This document shows, piece by piece, positions 30,433 to 42,429 of a stretch of 64,000 nucleotides of DNA. How positions within the stretch are numbered: the first letter of the stretch is position 1; each line of letters starts with the position of its first letter. The notes beneath the pieces were generated by a model. The model was not told the origin of the DNA. It saw only the letters and a program-made list of their open reading frames with translations, and did not search any database. A program made the position numbers and the translations under genes. Source of the DNA: Nitrosopumilaceae archaeon (GTDB lineage: Archaea > Thermoproteota > Nitrososphaeria > Nitrososphaerales > Nitrosopumilaceae); NCBI GenBank assembly GCA_965200155.1, contig CBDATR010000024.1:448673-512672 (forward strand). The letters are read 5' to 3'.

Positions 30433-32871
30433 TCACAGATCGGGACAGCCATCGGTGTCCTGATCTCCATCGTAATCTTCGGCTTCTAACGGGCATTCAT
30501 CCTGATCGTTAATCTTGCCATCCAAGTCCAAGTCGTGCTTGTATCTTGACTGCTCTGGAATTACATCGGGACAGCCATCTGTATCCTCATACTTGTTCCA
30601 GACTTCTCTCTCGGTGGGACAGGAGTCTTCACTGTCTCGTATGCCATCGTTGTCGCTATCCAGGTTTTGATCAAAGCTCGGTATCACGTCCGGACAGCCG
30701 TCCAAGTCCACATAGCGGTTCCATACCTCAGAGAGGTTGGGGCACAAGTCCATTATGTCTGGTACGCCGTCACCATCACCATCTGAGAGACGCTCATCAG
30801 TGTCCGGACAGCCGTCGGCATCCTCAAAGCCATTGTATACCTCAGGCTGTAATGGACAGGCGTCACTGCGATCTACGATTCCGTCATTGTCCGTATCCAC
30901 CACATATGTAATGCTTATCTCATCCGGACAGCCATCCATGTCCTGGAAGCGGTTATACGTCTCGGGCACCAGTGGGCAGCGGTCAATGTCATCGATTACT
31001 CCGTCACGGTCACGGTCACGGTTTACATCATAGTAGTCAGGACAGCCGTCAAAGTCCAGTACACCGTTGAAGGTCTCAGACTGGGTTGGGCATAGATCGT
31101 CATAATCGGTGATTCCGTCATTGTCAGAGTCCGGTATTTCACTTCCGTCTAATCTCGTATCATGACAGCCGTCGGTATCATCAAAGCCGTTGTAGTTCTC
31201 CTTGACCAGCGGACACTCGTCTATGGAATTTGGTATTCCGTCAAAGTCGGTGTCATAATCTATCACGTATGACTCAAAGTCAGGACAGCCGTCCTCATCC
31301 TGGTATGAGTTGAAACGTTCCCGCTCTGTGGGACACTTGTCTATGGCATCCGGAATTCCGTCCAGATCCGCGTCCGGGTCCTGGGGATCGTCTGGGCAGC
31401 CGTCAGCATCAAATATTTGGTTCCAAGTCTCCGGTGTCAGCGGACATGTATCTATGGAATCAGGTATGCCGTCAGAGTCACTGTCGGTTATAAGGGAATC
31501 AGGGCAGCCGTCAGAGTCACGATAGCCATTGTATGACTCTGGTTGTGTGGGACACTTGTCATCAAGATCAATTATGCTGTCATTATCAAAGTCCAGTATT
31601 ACCTGCGGGGTCTCCTCCGGGCAGCCGTCGGAATCCTGTATAAGGTTGTACGTTTCCCGAAGCAGGGGACATGCATCAATGGAGTCTGGCAGGCCGTCAG
31701 AGTCACGATCTGGCGTGTTAAAGGAGTCAGGACAGCCGTCAGTATCATACACGCTATTGAATATTTCTGGTTGTGTGGGGCAGTGATCATTTAGGTCGTT
31801 TATGCCATCGCCATCACTGTCGGGCAGGGTGAACTCTTCCCCTACAAAGTCCGGACAGCCGTCCGTATCCATGACATAATTATAGACCTCGGCACTGTTT
31901 GGACATTCATCCACTGAATCCAGAATTCCGTCACGGTCGCTATCCCCGTCCAGTGACTGGGGCGGGATATCCGGGCAACCATCCTCGTCCTGATACGAGT
32001 TGTATCTTTCAGGATCAATAGGGCACATGTCGGACTCGTCCGGTACCCTGTCACCGTCTGCATCGCCGGGTGGCCCTTGCAGATTTGGTAATTGATCAGG
32101 ACAGCCGTCATAATCGGCGTAGTGATTCAATGTCTCCACATCATTTGGACAAATATCATATCTATCGGCCACGCCATCGGCATCCGTATCCATGAATGTA
32201 TCTCCATTGACTGCGTCTGGGCAACCATCGGTATCTCGGTAGTCGTTGTATACTTCCTTCTCGGTTATGCAAAAGTCCAGCACATCTATAATGCCGTCCT
32301 CATCGGTGTCCGCCTGTGCGGGATCCACCAGTACGTCAGGACAGCCATCGGTATCCATATAACGATTGTACGACTCTGGCTTCAATATGCACTCATCAAT
32401 TGCGTCCGGAATTCCATCACGATCAAGATCGTGACTTATGTTATAGTTGTCCGGACAGCCATCACCATCCTCAATTCCATTAAAGTTCTCCGCCCGGCTG
32501 GGACACAGATCAATGAGATCTATTATGTTGTCCCCATCACTGTCGGGAAGACTGGAACCTCCACTACCAGGGAGCGTATCCGGACAGCCATCCTCATCCT
32601 GATACTGATTATAGCGCTCTGCCACATCAGGACACTGATCGGATTCATCGTCTATGCCATCCTCATCCTCATCATACCAAGGAACAAAGTTCGAAGGGCA
32701 ACCATCCAGCTCTTCCGAATAATCCTCTTGCAGATTGGGGCACTTGTCGGCGGAATCAGGTATACCATCTCTATCTATGTCAGAGTCTGCATATGTATAA
32801 CCCATGGGCACCATCATTAAGGTAGTAACCAGCAGTATGAGGAACCCTAACATACGCAGACTCTCCGCCAT
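30433..32871 (-). CDS. secreted thrombospondin type-3 repeat protein
   Basis: Signal peptide plus TSP3 repeats. Confidence 0.92.
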   Translation of the reverse strand: MAESLRMLGFLILLVTTLMMVPMGYTYADSDIDRDGIPDSADKCPNLQEDYSEELDGCPSNFVPWYDEDEDGIDDESDQCPDVAERYNQYQDEDGCPDTLPGSGGSSLPDSDGDNIIDLIDLCPSRAENFNGIEDGDGCPDNYNISHDLDRDGIPDAIDECILKPESYNRYMDTDGCPDVLVDPAQADTDEDGIIDVLDFCITEKEVYNDYRDTDGCPDAVNGDTFMDTDADGVADRYDICPNDVETLNHYADYDGCPDQLPNLQGPPGDADGDRVPDESDMCPIDPERYNSYQDEDGCPDIPPQSLDGDSDRDGILDSVDECPNSAEVYNYVMDTDGCPDFVGEEFTLPDSDGDGINDLNDHCPTQPEIFNSVYDTDGCPDSFNTPDRDSDGLPDSIDACPLLRETYNLIQDSDGCPEETPQVILDFDNDSIIDLDDKCPTQPESYNGYRDSDGCPDSLITDSDSDGIPDSIDTCPLTPETWNQIFDADGCPDDPQDPDADLDGIPDAIDKCPTERERFNSYQDEDGCPDFESYVIDYDTDFDGIPNSIDECPLVKENYNGFDDTDGCHDTRLDGSEIPDSDNDGITDYDDLCPTQSETFNGVLDFDGCPDYYDVNRDRDRDGVIDDIDRCPLVPETYNRFQDMDGCPDEISITYVVDTDNDGIVDRSDACPLQPEVYNGFEDADGCPDTDERLSDGDGDGVPDIMDLCPNLSEVWNRYVDLDGCPDVIPSFDQNLDSDNDGIRDSEDSCPTEREVWNKYEDTDGCPDVIPEQSRYKHDLDLDGKINDQDECPLEAEDYDGDQDTDGCPDL

Positions 32872-33215
32872 TAGTTAGTGAAGCTATAATCCTGTTATTA
32901 ACTTTATAGTGACTGCCATAAGTCTTAGTGTATGACATTTCATGTAGATGCATACTGGGCTTACCGTTTGGCAAAAGGATGCATGCTGCCGCCATACCAG
33001 GATCGCGGCACCAACATTTTAGCATGAGACTCCACACTAAAGCCAGACGGGCGGGTTCTCACGCGTGACAAGTGTAGGGGCACATAGGAGAGGCACTACC
33101 GCCAATACTCCGGTCTCATATTTCTGGCCCAGATTGCGCAGAAATGAAACGGGTCAGATCCCCCTTGACTTATAGACTCGCAACCTTATTGGCTCCATTT
33201 GGGACCTCACATGCC

Positions 33216-33307
33216 GTATGAGTTCACCTGTGTCTAAATTTACGCATAACTGATCGCGACAGTTAATGTGATTTGTGCATAAGATTCCGAAAGACGTGAA
33301 CTCATAC
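33216..33307. mobile_element. 92-bp MITE
   Basis: TSD cacatgcc. Confidence 0.93.
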
Positions 33308-34553
33308 CACATGCCAGGTTGTGAGTATTTATCCAGATACGGCTTACTGGACGGCGCATGTCCCGGCTAGCCCTTGAGCGAACCTATTACCACATCTATT
33401 ACTTGTGTGTCATGAACGGCTGTCATGGCCATGCCACTGCCTGCACGGCACGGCTTTAGCATCGATATGAATCGCAAACACGCAGTCGTCTGGCCGGGTT
33501 CTTTTGCTGGAGCAATACACGATCTGGAATGATTTCATGTTACATGAACGATTAACCGGATTCGCCTAACATGAACTCGGCGACTGCCCTTTTGCACACA
33601 TATCTTCAGTGGCGGCTCACCTGATGCATTAACCGGGCGAATTTTTGGCTCGGTGGTAATGTGACTATTACGGTATATGTTACCTTTTTCATGGTTCTAA
33701 TGCGGTACTATTTCTTTATAAATATACAACAAAGACGGCGCTGTTAAGAAGTCGGTACATATAGAATAGTGTTAAAAAGTACATGCGTTCTAGAACAGGT
33801 GTACCAATTTATCTAAGAATCAAGGGGAAATCTACCATTCCCAACAAGGGGGACCCACCCCATGTAACCAGGGCGCATACGATTGCGCTTCGCGCAACCG
33901 TGTTACAACTGTAAAGGAATGGGCGCGTGGAATGGACTCTAAAAAAAATCGGCGCGTGTATTGTCGTACGACTTGTCGTGATTGCGTATGGTAAACCGCC
34001 CCCCCATGTTTGACTATAATAACGAAAGTAACCGGTTATTCGTACTGTGTTTACAAGGGAAAGAACCGGTTCTAGCGATTCAACACGAAGGATTGCCAAG
34101 ATTTGAGCACGTGGTTGAGGAAGACATGAACTCATACGGTTATTCTGTCAACTGGAATGAAATGTAAAGGGGACTCTTATGGTCTAAGATCATGGTTTAA
34201 AAACTATCATTCATACTGAAGCATAATGCACACAGGTTCTCAAGGGCACCGAATCGTTCCCTGTGGCACTACGCGTAACTGGCAACAAGAGATGTATGTA
34301 TCCCCATACGAGGGCGCGAACCACAATGAGACGTCAACAGTCCATAAGACGGAAGTAGTGCGGCAGATCGGCAACAACTCGTTGACTTAGGCGGTTACCA
34401 CAGCGATGTAGACTATCCAATATTTGAGTGGAATTGTTCCCATGCAGTTTGTGGGGAAAGAACAGGTTACTCTTCCCCACCTTATCGGGTAGGAATTTGT
34501 GAAATAGAGAACATCAGAATCTGGCGCGCCAGCCTAATCAGGGGGACTCGCTG

Positions 34554-37500
34554 ATGGCCGGGTTCAGCGAAGCACTAGAGTACCTGCGCGCCAGATCAGA
34601 TGGGCACGGACATGTCAAGGGGGGACTGTTTGAGAGGCTGATAAAGTCATTCTTGGAGACAGATAATCTATACCGGGAACGATTTGAATAGGTATGGTTA
34701 TGGGATGATTATCCCGGGAGGCGTGGACGTTCTGATTTCGGCGTTGACATAGTGGGAAAAGAGAGGGACGGTTCACTATGTGCAATACAGTGCAAGTTCT
34801 ATGATCGAAAACGGTTAGTGAAAAGTGACATAGACAGTTTCCTGGAAGCCTCTCGACGATCAGAATTCGATAGCAGGATGCTATTCTATACGGCGAAGGG
34901 TTATGGCAAGCAGGTAGAAGATGCCATGAAGGGACATGACTGCCAGGCGGTAAATTTTGCGTCGCTGGCTAACAGTAACGTAGAGTGGCCGGACCTTGCA
35001 ACAGGTATAACAGAAGTGAAACGTGGAGAACCGCTTTCTTTACGGAAACATCAGGAGAAGGCTATAGAAGCGGTCATGACTGGATTGGAGGGAAATGATC
35101 GCGGTCAGCTACTCATGGCATGTGGAACAGGCAAGACCCTGACATCATTACGACTGGCAGAAAGAATGGTTGGAGTGGGCGGACTAGTTCTGTATGCAGT
35201 TCCCTCCATCAGTCTAATGCATTAGGCTATTCGATACTGGTCCGAGAATCAAAATTTGCGACACAAGTACGTGGGTGTCTGCTCCGATAGTAAGGTGAGT
35301 CACGGCGAGAATACGAACATACCTATCATAGAAATGGAGATAGGCATCACAACTGATCATACCAGAATAGCAGGTGTCATAAGGAATCATCATTCTGATT
35401 CCATGATCGTCTTGTTCACCACGTATCAGTCCATGAGTGCGGTGGTGGAGGCGCAGAAGAACAGTGGTAAATCATTCGATCTTGTACTAAGTGATGAGGC
35501 GCATCGCACCACAGGAGTGGAGGGAGAGTCATCATTCACAATGATACATGATGATATCAAAGCCGCAAAGTGGTTATACATGACCGCTACGCCCCGCATA
35601 TACAAAGAGCAATCAAAGAATCGTGCCAAAAAAGAGGACAAGATACTCCATTCCATGGATGATGAAACGGTATTTGGTCCGGTCCTGCATGAATTATCAT
35701 TCTCTGATGCAATAGACCAGAGATTACTGTCAAATTATCGAGTTATTGTTCTCGGCGTGGATGAGCGGTACGGTGAGAAAGGAATCATCAATAGTACCAC
35801 TGATGATGGGGATCTTAACCTGACAGATGCCGCCCGTATGCTGGGATTGTACAGGGCGCTGGAACACCCGGACAAGGATGATCCACCTCTAAAAACTGCA
35901 ATAGTATACACGAATCGTGTAAGAGACTCCAAGCGGTTTGAGAAGTCATTCTCCAATCTTACGCTGGGAATGGGAGATGGTTTTTCTTGTGACGCAAAAC
36001 ATGTGGATGGTACTCATAACGCATCAGAGCGAGCGGATGCACTGCAGTGGTTGCGGAATGGAGATGATAACCAAAACCAGTGCCTCATACTCAGTAATGC
36101 CAAGTGCCTGTCCGAAGGTGTGGATGTCCCTGCACTGGATACCATCTGTTTTCTTAATCCTAAACGATCCCAAGTGGAAATAGTTCAGGCAGTCGGTCGA
36201 GTGATGAGAACTGCAGATAACAAAGAGTGTGGCTATGTAATAATACACATAGGTATCCCTCCAAATGAAGAACCCGAGACCATTCTGAATAATACAAAGG
36301 TGTTCAAGCAGGTATGGGATGTTTTGCGCGCCCTGCGATCACACGACGAGAGAATGGGCGTTGAGGCAGATGCGGCAAGCTTGCGGAGAAAACCGCCGGG
36401 GAATCTTGAGTTCATCGGCGTGGACAGAGAGGGAAATATCAGTAAACAGGAAAATGATGCGATTATACGATTGGGGGAGCTGGATGTCCCCGCGGACATG
36501 CTCTACTCTAAAATCGTCGGGGAAGTTGGGGATCGTCGACACCTGGAAAAGTGGGCCAAGGACGTTGCCACTATAGTACAACGTATACAGAACCGCATAG
36601 AGGGATTAATAGGGCAACCCGGTATTGCCAAGGAACGATTTAACCAGTTCATGAAAGGGCTCCGGGAGATAATACATGACGGTTTGGAAGAGTCAGAGGG
36701 CATAGACATGCTATCGCAACATATGGTAACCAGGAGAGTATTCAACGCGCTATTCCAGTCTGATGATTTCAGCCGGAATAACCCGGTTTCATCTGCATTG
36801 GATAGGGTGGTTGATCAATTACGCGAATATGGCCTGGATACTGAATTACGAGATATAGAGCCATTCTACCGTTCCATTGAGAACCGCGTATCATTCCTGG
36901 ACAGACATGATGCACGTCAGGAAGTGATAAGAGAGTTGTATGGGAAATTTTTTGATAGTGCATTTCCCAAGATGGCTGATCGGCTGGGAATCGTGTACAC
37001 GCCGGTTGAAGTCGTGGACTTTATACTAAAATCAGTAGACCATGTATCACGTGAGAACTTTGGCAAGGGACTCACCGATGAAATGGTAAATGTCATTGAT
37101 CCATTCACCGGGACTGGAACGTTCCTGACTAGATTGATGTCGCCGGATCTGGAATTAATACTGGATGCAGACATAGAGAGGAAGTACAAGCATGAACTCT
37201 TTGCCAGTGAGATCGTTCTACTGGCGTATTATATCGCGGCAGTGAATTGTGAATCCGTATATGGTTCCAGGACTGGTTCATTCAAGCAGTTTGAGGGATT
37301 GTCACTATGTGATACATTCAATCCGGGCCAGTTGGAAGAACACACTGGTGACATCATGGCTGAGCCAAAGAAGCGTATTAGAAAACAACGAGAATCTGAG
37401 ATTAATGTGGTTATATGTAATCCACCATACTCTGGTGGGCAGAGTACCGCCAACGAGGATAACAAGAATGTCTCTCACCCCATTCTAGAACGACACATAA

Positions 37501-38684
37501 AGAATACGTACATTAGAATGGCGCCCAAGGGGAATAAGAGGGGATTATACAATTCATATGTCAAGGCCCTCCGCTGGGCCTCTGACAGAATTGGTGACTC
37601 AGGAGTAATCGGTTTCATAACACCGTCTGGTTTCATTACCGGGAATAGTGAAGCTGGTATACGCGCCTGTCTTGAAATGGAGTTCACCGACATATACTGC
37701 TTTGACTTGAGGGGTGATGTAAAAGGTAAGCAGGATTGGAGACGAGAGGGTGGCAAGATATTTGGGAGTGGCTCAACTGTGGGCACCGCTATAACCATCC
37801 TGGTGAAGAACCCCGCCAAACATCATTCTACGATTCACTATCATGACATCGGCGACTAGAGTAGAGAGGAAAAGTTGGAAATCATAAAAGAACATGGTTC
37901 CATTGCAGGAATAGAATGGGAGGTTATAACACCAGATCGATTCCATGACTGGCTGAATCAGCGTGAATCCAGTGATGAGTGGGATTCCATCACTCCAATG
38001 GGAAGTAAGGAGGGAAAACGTGGGAAGACCAATGATGTAATGTTTGGAATGTATTCCACTGGGTTGATAACTCATAGAGATGATTGGGTATACAACGCAT
38101 CGCCCCAAGACCTGGAAGAGAATATGAGAAGAACCATAGAACATTGTGCTGTGCAGGATCTGGATGATTTTGACAAAGATGTGAAACATGTTGCATGGTC
38201 CAAAGAGATGGCGCGAGATCTAAAAAAGATGGCGCCAAGCAAACCCAGGTTCAATAAAACAATCAGGACAGCACTGTATAGACCATTCCTGAAACAGTAT
38301 CTATATGCAGACTATGAAGTAATGGTATCCACACCCTCTAATATCCCCTCATTCTACCCACACCCCGACTCCAAGAATGTTACCATCATGGTGCCTGACA
38401 AAGCAAAAAGTGAATTTTCTACTTTTGTTACGGATGTCACGCCGGATCTTAACAATATCGCACCACCCCAATGCTTTCCCATGAGAGTCAAGAAACAAAA
38501 GGACAAGAATAGACATGTGGTAGGTAGCCAGTCAGCCATCAAGAACCTGGCGATAATAGTTCCCGACAAGATCAAGGGCGAATTCTCAGTATTCATAACC
38601 AATGCACCACCGGATCTACAAGTGATAACCAACGGGCAGGTATTCCCCATGTTCACACAGTCACCGGAGGTGACGACTCCATGA
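34554..38684 (+). pseudogene. Type ISP (LlaGI-like) nuclease-helicase-methyltransferase with three in-frame TAG stops
   Basis: Mrr-like D.GVD..AIQCK, MACGTGKT, DEAH, TATP, QAVGRVMR, YTPVEVVD, DPFTGTG, NPPY in one frame; TAG at 34689, 35223, 37857. Confidence 0.88.
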
Positions 38685-39343
38685 AGGACAACATCACCGA
38701 CTACTCCCTGGAACTATACCAGAAACGATATAATGATGACTCCATAACTAAAGAGGACATATTCTACTATACCTATGGCATCCTACATCATAGTGGTTAT
38801 CGTTCCAAGTATCAAGCATTCCTTGTTAGAGGATTGTCGAATATTCCCATGGCGCCTGACTTCCATGGAATCATGAGAGCAGGCCGAGAACTAGCTGACT
38901 TACACCTGAACTATGAGACATGCCCACGTTATGACTTGGGTGAGCCGCTTCACTCCATACCTGATCACCCAAGAACGATTAGATTCGGTAAGAAACCAAA
39001 TAGAACCGGTTCCCCGGGCCCCAAAGACAAACCGGATCCGTCAACCATCATAATAGACGGCCAAAAGATATACAATAACATACCATTAATCAATTACAAA
39101 GTGAATGGCCGCACACCTGTAGGGTGGTTAACCTTCATACCAAAGAAGGCAAAGAGTGGGATAGATAGGTACCCATTCCGGGTCTTTACAGGAGAACAGA
39201 TCCGAGCCATGCTAGAACGACTAGTGCATGTCGGTCTAGAATCCGATAGGATCATAGCCAACCTCCCAACTGAATTCGAGATGGATGATATCAAGACAGA
39301 ACCAACCGGTCTGGACAAGTACTACAAGGCGCCTATTCCTTAG
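38681..39343 (+). CDS. Type ISP C-terminal (specificity) subunit, allele 1
   Basis: ATGA overlap, GGAGGTGA ribosome-binding site; DNITD, ITKEDIFYY, YKVNGRTP. Confidence 0.85.
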   Translation: MKDNITDYSLELYQKRYNDDSITKEDIFYYTYGILHHSGYRSKYQAFLVRGLSNIPMAPDFHGIMRAGRELADLHLNYETCPRYDLGEPLHSIPDHPRTIRFGKKPNRTGSPGPKDKPDPSTIIIDGQKIYNNIPLINYKVNGRTPVGWLTFIPKKAKSGIDRYPFRVFTGEQIRAMLERLVHVGLESDRIIANLPTEFEMDDIKTEPTGLDKYYKAPIP

Positions 39344-39837
39344 AATATTTGTCTAGCGTATATGGGGCGCTGTTAAGTAGGTACATAGAGAATAGTGTTA
39401 ACATGAGTTGGAATGATCAGTCTTTTGAAGCGTTCCGTATCATAGTAAGGCACTTGTTATCGCCTTCTATTCTAATACCGGCTGCCTCACTGGGCGTACT
39501 ATTATCTGGCAGTCCCTGATGCTCCCGGACATGGTTATGGTAGAATCTCAGACCTGTAATGATGGACAAAGTGTGTCTAAACTAGAATGGCTAGGCGTGG
39601 TACGTTTAGGACTATTCCACTATCAAACCCATGTACCTTTTTTAACACTATTCTCTATGTACCTACTTCTTAACAGCGCCACAAAGACTAGTGAATAGCC
39701 GTTTAGGCCGCACAAGAATACAAGTTCATACACTCAGGGCCATTTTGATAACACCGACAAGCATGCAGGTAGTGAGTGTATAGAGAGTCATGTAGGTAGT
39801 AACCTAAACGATTACACTTGTGGTGTTCATCACATAA

Positions 39838-40380
39838 TCAGTAGTTACTGCAATACCACTGGGCAAAATCACGCAACGCCCGAGCCCTGTGGGAAAACGC
39901 GTCCTTCTCTATTTGAGCAAAGGTACCGATGGCTCCCTGTGGTATGAATATGGGATCATATCCCCACCCTTGTCCCTGCATTCTGGTGGCTATGTGACCG
40001 GGAACCGCGGAAGTAAATACAGAGGGGGCATGCCCATTATGATATGCAACTACGGCAACAAAGCGCGCCTGTCTTGAGTCGTCCAGCAAGTTCAGGATCC
40101 CCCTGTTGCCTATGGTCTCAAAGACGTATGAGGAATAGGGACCAGGAAAGCCGCCCAGAGAGTCAATGAATAGGCCGTCATCTTCCACAAGGATAGGGCT
40201 GCCTGTAATGCCGTACGCCTGTTCTGCCTTGTGTATGGCGATACGCTCTATGGAATGCGCCTGTATCTCGGTAAGCCTGACATTTGTATGGGATATGGGT
40301 ATGTGGAACGGTTCCAGTATACGCCGGACCTCGCTATACTTGTGAGTGTTGGAGCTTGCAAAGAGTATATCAGACGACAT
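39838..40380 (-). CDS. rdgB: RdgB/HAM1 non-canonical purine NTP pyrophosphatase
   Basis: SSN.HK, EDDGL, GFPGPYS, GWGYDPIF, SHR. Confidence 0.93.
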   Translation of the reverse strand: MSSDILFASSNTHKYSEVRRILEPFHIPISHTNVRLTEIQAHSIERIAIHKAEQAYGITGSPILVEDDGLFIDSLGGFPGPYSSYVFETIGNRGILNLLDDSRQARFVAVVAYHNGHAPSVFTSAVPGHIATRMQGQGWGYDPIFIPQGAIGTFAQIEKDAFSHRARALRDFAQWYCSNY

Positions 40381-40981
40381 TGGCATATCTCCCACGTCTC
40401 TCTATGCTTGAGACAAGGCGCAGTATATGATCCCAGTCAGTCATTATACCGGAATATCCCTTTATGAGAAGTTCCCATGCCTCATCCAGTATGACCGCGT
40501 GTGCGCTACCCAGAATCTCTTTTATGAGCCTCAAATCCACTGCGCAGTCCTCAGGCTTGGCTGCGCGCCTAGAGAGTCCCATATCCAGCAGATACAGCCG
40601 GTCGGATATGATAAAGTTGGAGGTTGTAAGGTCCCCATGCATTATGCCCCCGGCATGTAATAGTCCCACGATGCGACCCATCTCAGGGCAGTGATTCAGT
40701 ATTTCATGTGGGGGAAGAGAGTGCAGGGTATCTCCGTCTATGTGCTGCATTATTATCGTATACTGAGTAGGATCCACAAAGTACACCAAGGGAGTGGATA
40801 TGCCCAACGACTTTACCTCGCTGAGCATGGAGGCTTCCCGGAGGGTTCTCTGTCGGCGCAGTCGTATATCAAGATCATGGTTGCGGTATGGCTTGGGCTT
40901 GCGTACCTTTGATATGGCAGAACGATCATGCCACAAAATTTTGAATATATCTGCCTCGGCTCCCCGTTTGATTAACTGCAT
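40370..40981 (-). CDS. bud32: KEOPS kinase Bud32
   Basis: GAEA, K.R.PK.YR, HGDLTTSN, LDMGL, AVDL; start 40981 (ORF-track N-terminus is MITE-derived). Confidence 0.92.
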   Translation of the reverse strand: MQLIKRGAEADIFKILWHDRSAISKVRKPKPYRNHDLDIRLRRQRTLREASMLSEVKSLGISTPLVYFVDPTQYTIIMQHIDGDTLHSLPPHEILNHCPEMGRIVGLLHAGGIMHGDLTTSNFIISDRLYLLDMGLSRRAAKPEDCAVDLRLIKEILGSAHAVILDEAWELLIKGYSGIMTDWDHILRLVSSIERRGRYANVV

Positions 40982-41011
40982 GTCAAAATTATGGGTGCTA
41001 TCAATATTTGA

Positions 41012-41766
41012 GTATGAGTTCACGTCTTCCGGAATCTTGTGCACAATCGCATTAACTGTCGCGATCAGTTGTGCGTAAATTTAGACACAGGTGAGCTCAT
41101 ACGGATATGGGGGATGCGGGCCGAAGAGTGGAGGATATACAAAAGTAGGAGTTCATATGTAGTGGACAAATACCTGAACGGTCACCAGGGCGCGATAGTC
41201 ACAGACAGGTACGTTATGTGTTACCGGTTTGATGACGGTGGGAAGCACCAGTTGTGTTGGGCGCATTTATTGCGCGATACCAGTATATTACATGCAGGAT
41301 TCTATATCGATCCCGGTGATCAGGACGCCCGGATCAAACTTGACAACGATTTGATCCGGAGCGCACGTGAATCGCTGCGGGCCGTCCGCGCAATTACGAC
41401 ACTCATTTGAGGCAGGAGCAGATGCATCAGTATTGTGATGTTGATGATACTGAACTGCAAAAGAAGGTAAAAGGGTTGAATAAGGCCATACCGGGCATGT
41501 TCGTATTCCTAGAATATGACAGTGTGGAGCACACCAACAATCCAGCGGAGCAGTGGAACCGGTTCTGATATGCAGTGGTATTCCGCAAAATTAGTGGCCA
41601 GATAAAGGGTGGTGAAAGGGTCATGCGCCGCATGTCCATATGTGTTCAGACATGGCGGGCTCAGGGCCTTTCTGTAATGAACGAGGTTGCTGCCAGAATG
41701 CAATTATAATTAAAAAACTGGGATGCATTCTATCATATTATGTGATCAAAACACGTGAACTCATAC
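41012..41766 (+). mobile_element. hybrid unit: MITE (41012-41102) plus IS66 3' half
   Basis: MITE TIR on the left, IS66 right TIR at 41766; transposase 3' remnant. Confidence 0.85.
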
Positions 41767-42401
41767 GTTCTTTTTGCCCTTTTATTGTCCTACGAAACAC
41801 GCGCCGTTATCAGATAGTATGGATGCAGGGGCGCCGAATCGTTTCATTACCAGTCTCAGTAATAGAGTGGCGTTCTCTGAGGTTACATGCTCAAATAGTG
41901 CCACCCCGACTATACACCTGGATGCATCATCTATGAGATTCAGTCCCTTGAAGCGCTCATCTTTCATGGTATGCCAGTCTACGTGCCACATTGCATTGGA
42001 ATATTTACGCTCATAGCGTACCCACTCTGACTTTGCAGGTGATGATCCTGCCGTACCGTTCTTTTTCATTATGCGATATACTGCGCGATATGATATATTG
42101 TAATTCTATCTAAGCCTCTTTGCAATACGTACTACTCCGGCGGGATCCTTGTGATATGCTTCCGTTACCATTCGTATCTGGGCAGCGGTGATTGGTATCA
42201 TGGGCCTGCCCATCTTTACTCGAGTCGTTCCCGTCCTCTGGTTCACAATCTTCGTACGTGTCTTGTTTCAGGTCTTGAGCTATTTTGGTGGAGGTAACGC
42301 CTCTTGTCTTGATTCCTCTGTTATTCTCTTTACCATCTGGCTTGTGCAATCTGAGCTACTGTACGCCGGATCCTAAGCGGACTTACTTTTCGTACTATTG
42401 A
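41767..42401 (-). mobile_element. IS481 left-part remnant
   Basis: Homologous to 23192-24030; left end at 42401. Confidence 0.82.
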
Positions 42402-42429
42402 CCTTGTTGGCAAGCAGGACAAAATGATA

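Larger units (their letters stand above)
33737..39680 (+). mobile_element. non-autonomous IS1595-like cassette carrying a Type ISP restriction-modification system
   Basis: About 50-bp TIRs starting ggcgctgttaagaagt; 8-bp TSD acaaagac; extra internal end at 39366; no intact transposase. Confidence 0.85.

Noticed and set aside
26203-32820. Long antisense ORFs over the TSP3 genes and other core genes
   Set aside because: Shadow frames caused by codon bias and repeats.
32940-33620. Possible decayed TnpB/IS605 remnant (GFSIDMNR-like text near 33455)
   Set aside because: No continuous frame or clear motifs; unsupported without a profile search.
33737-39680. Casposon interpretation of the TIR-bounded cassette
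   Set aside because: No Cas1-like casposase or PolB; the ends and 8-bp TSD fit IS1595.
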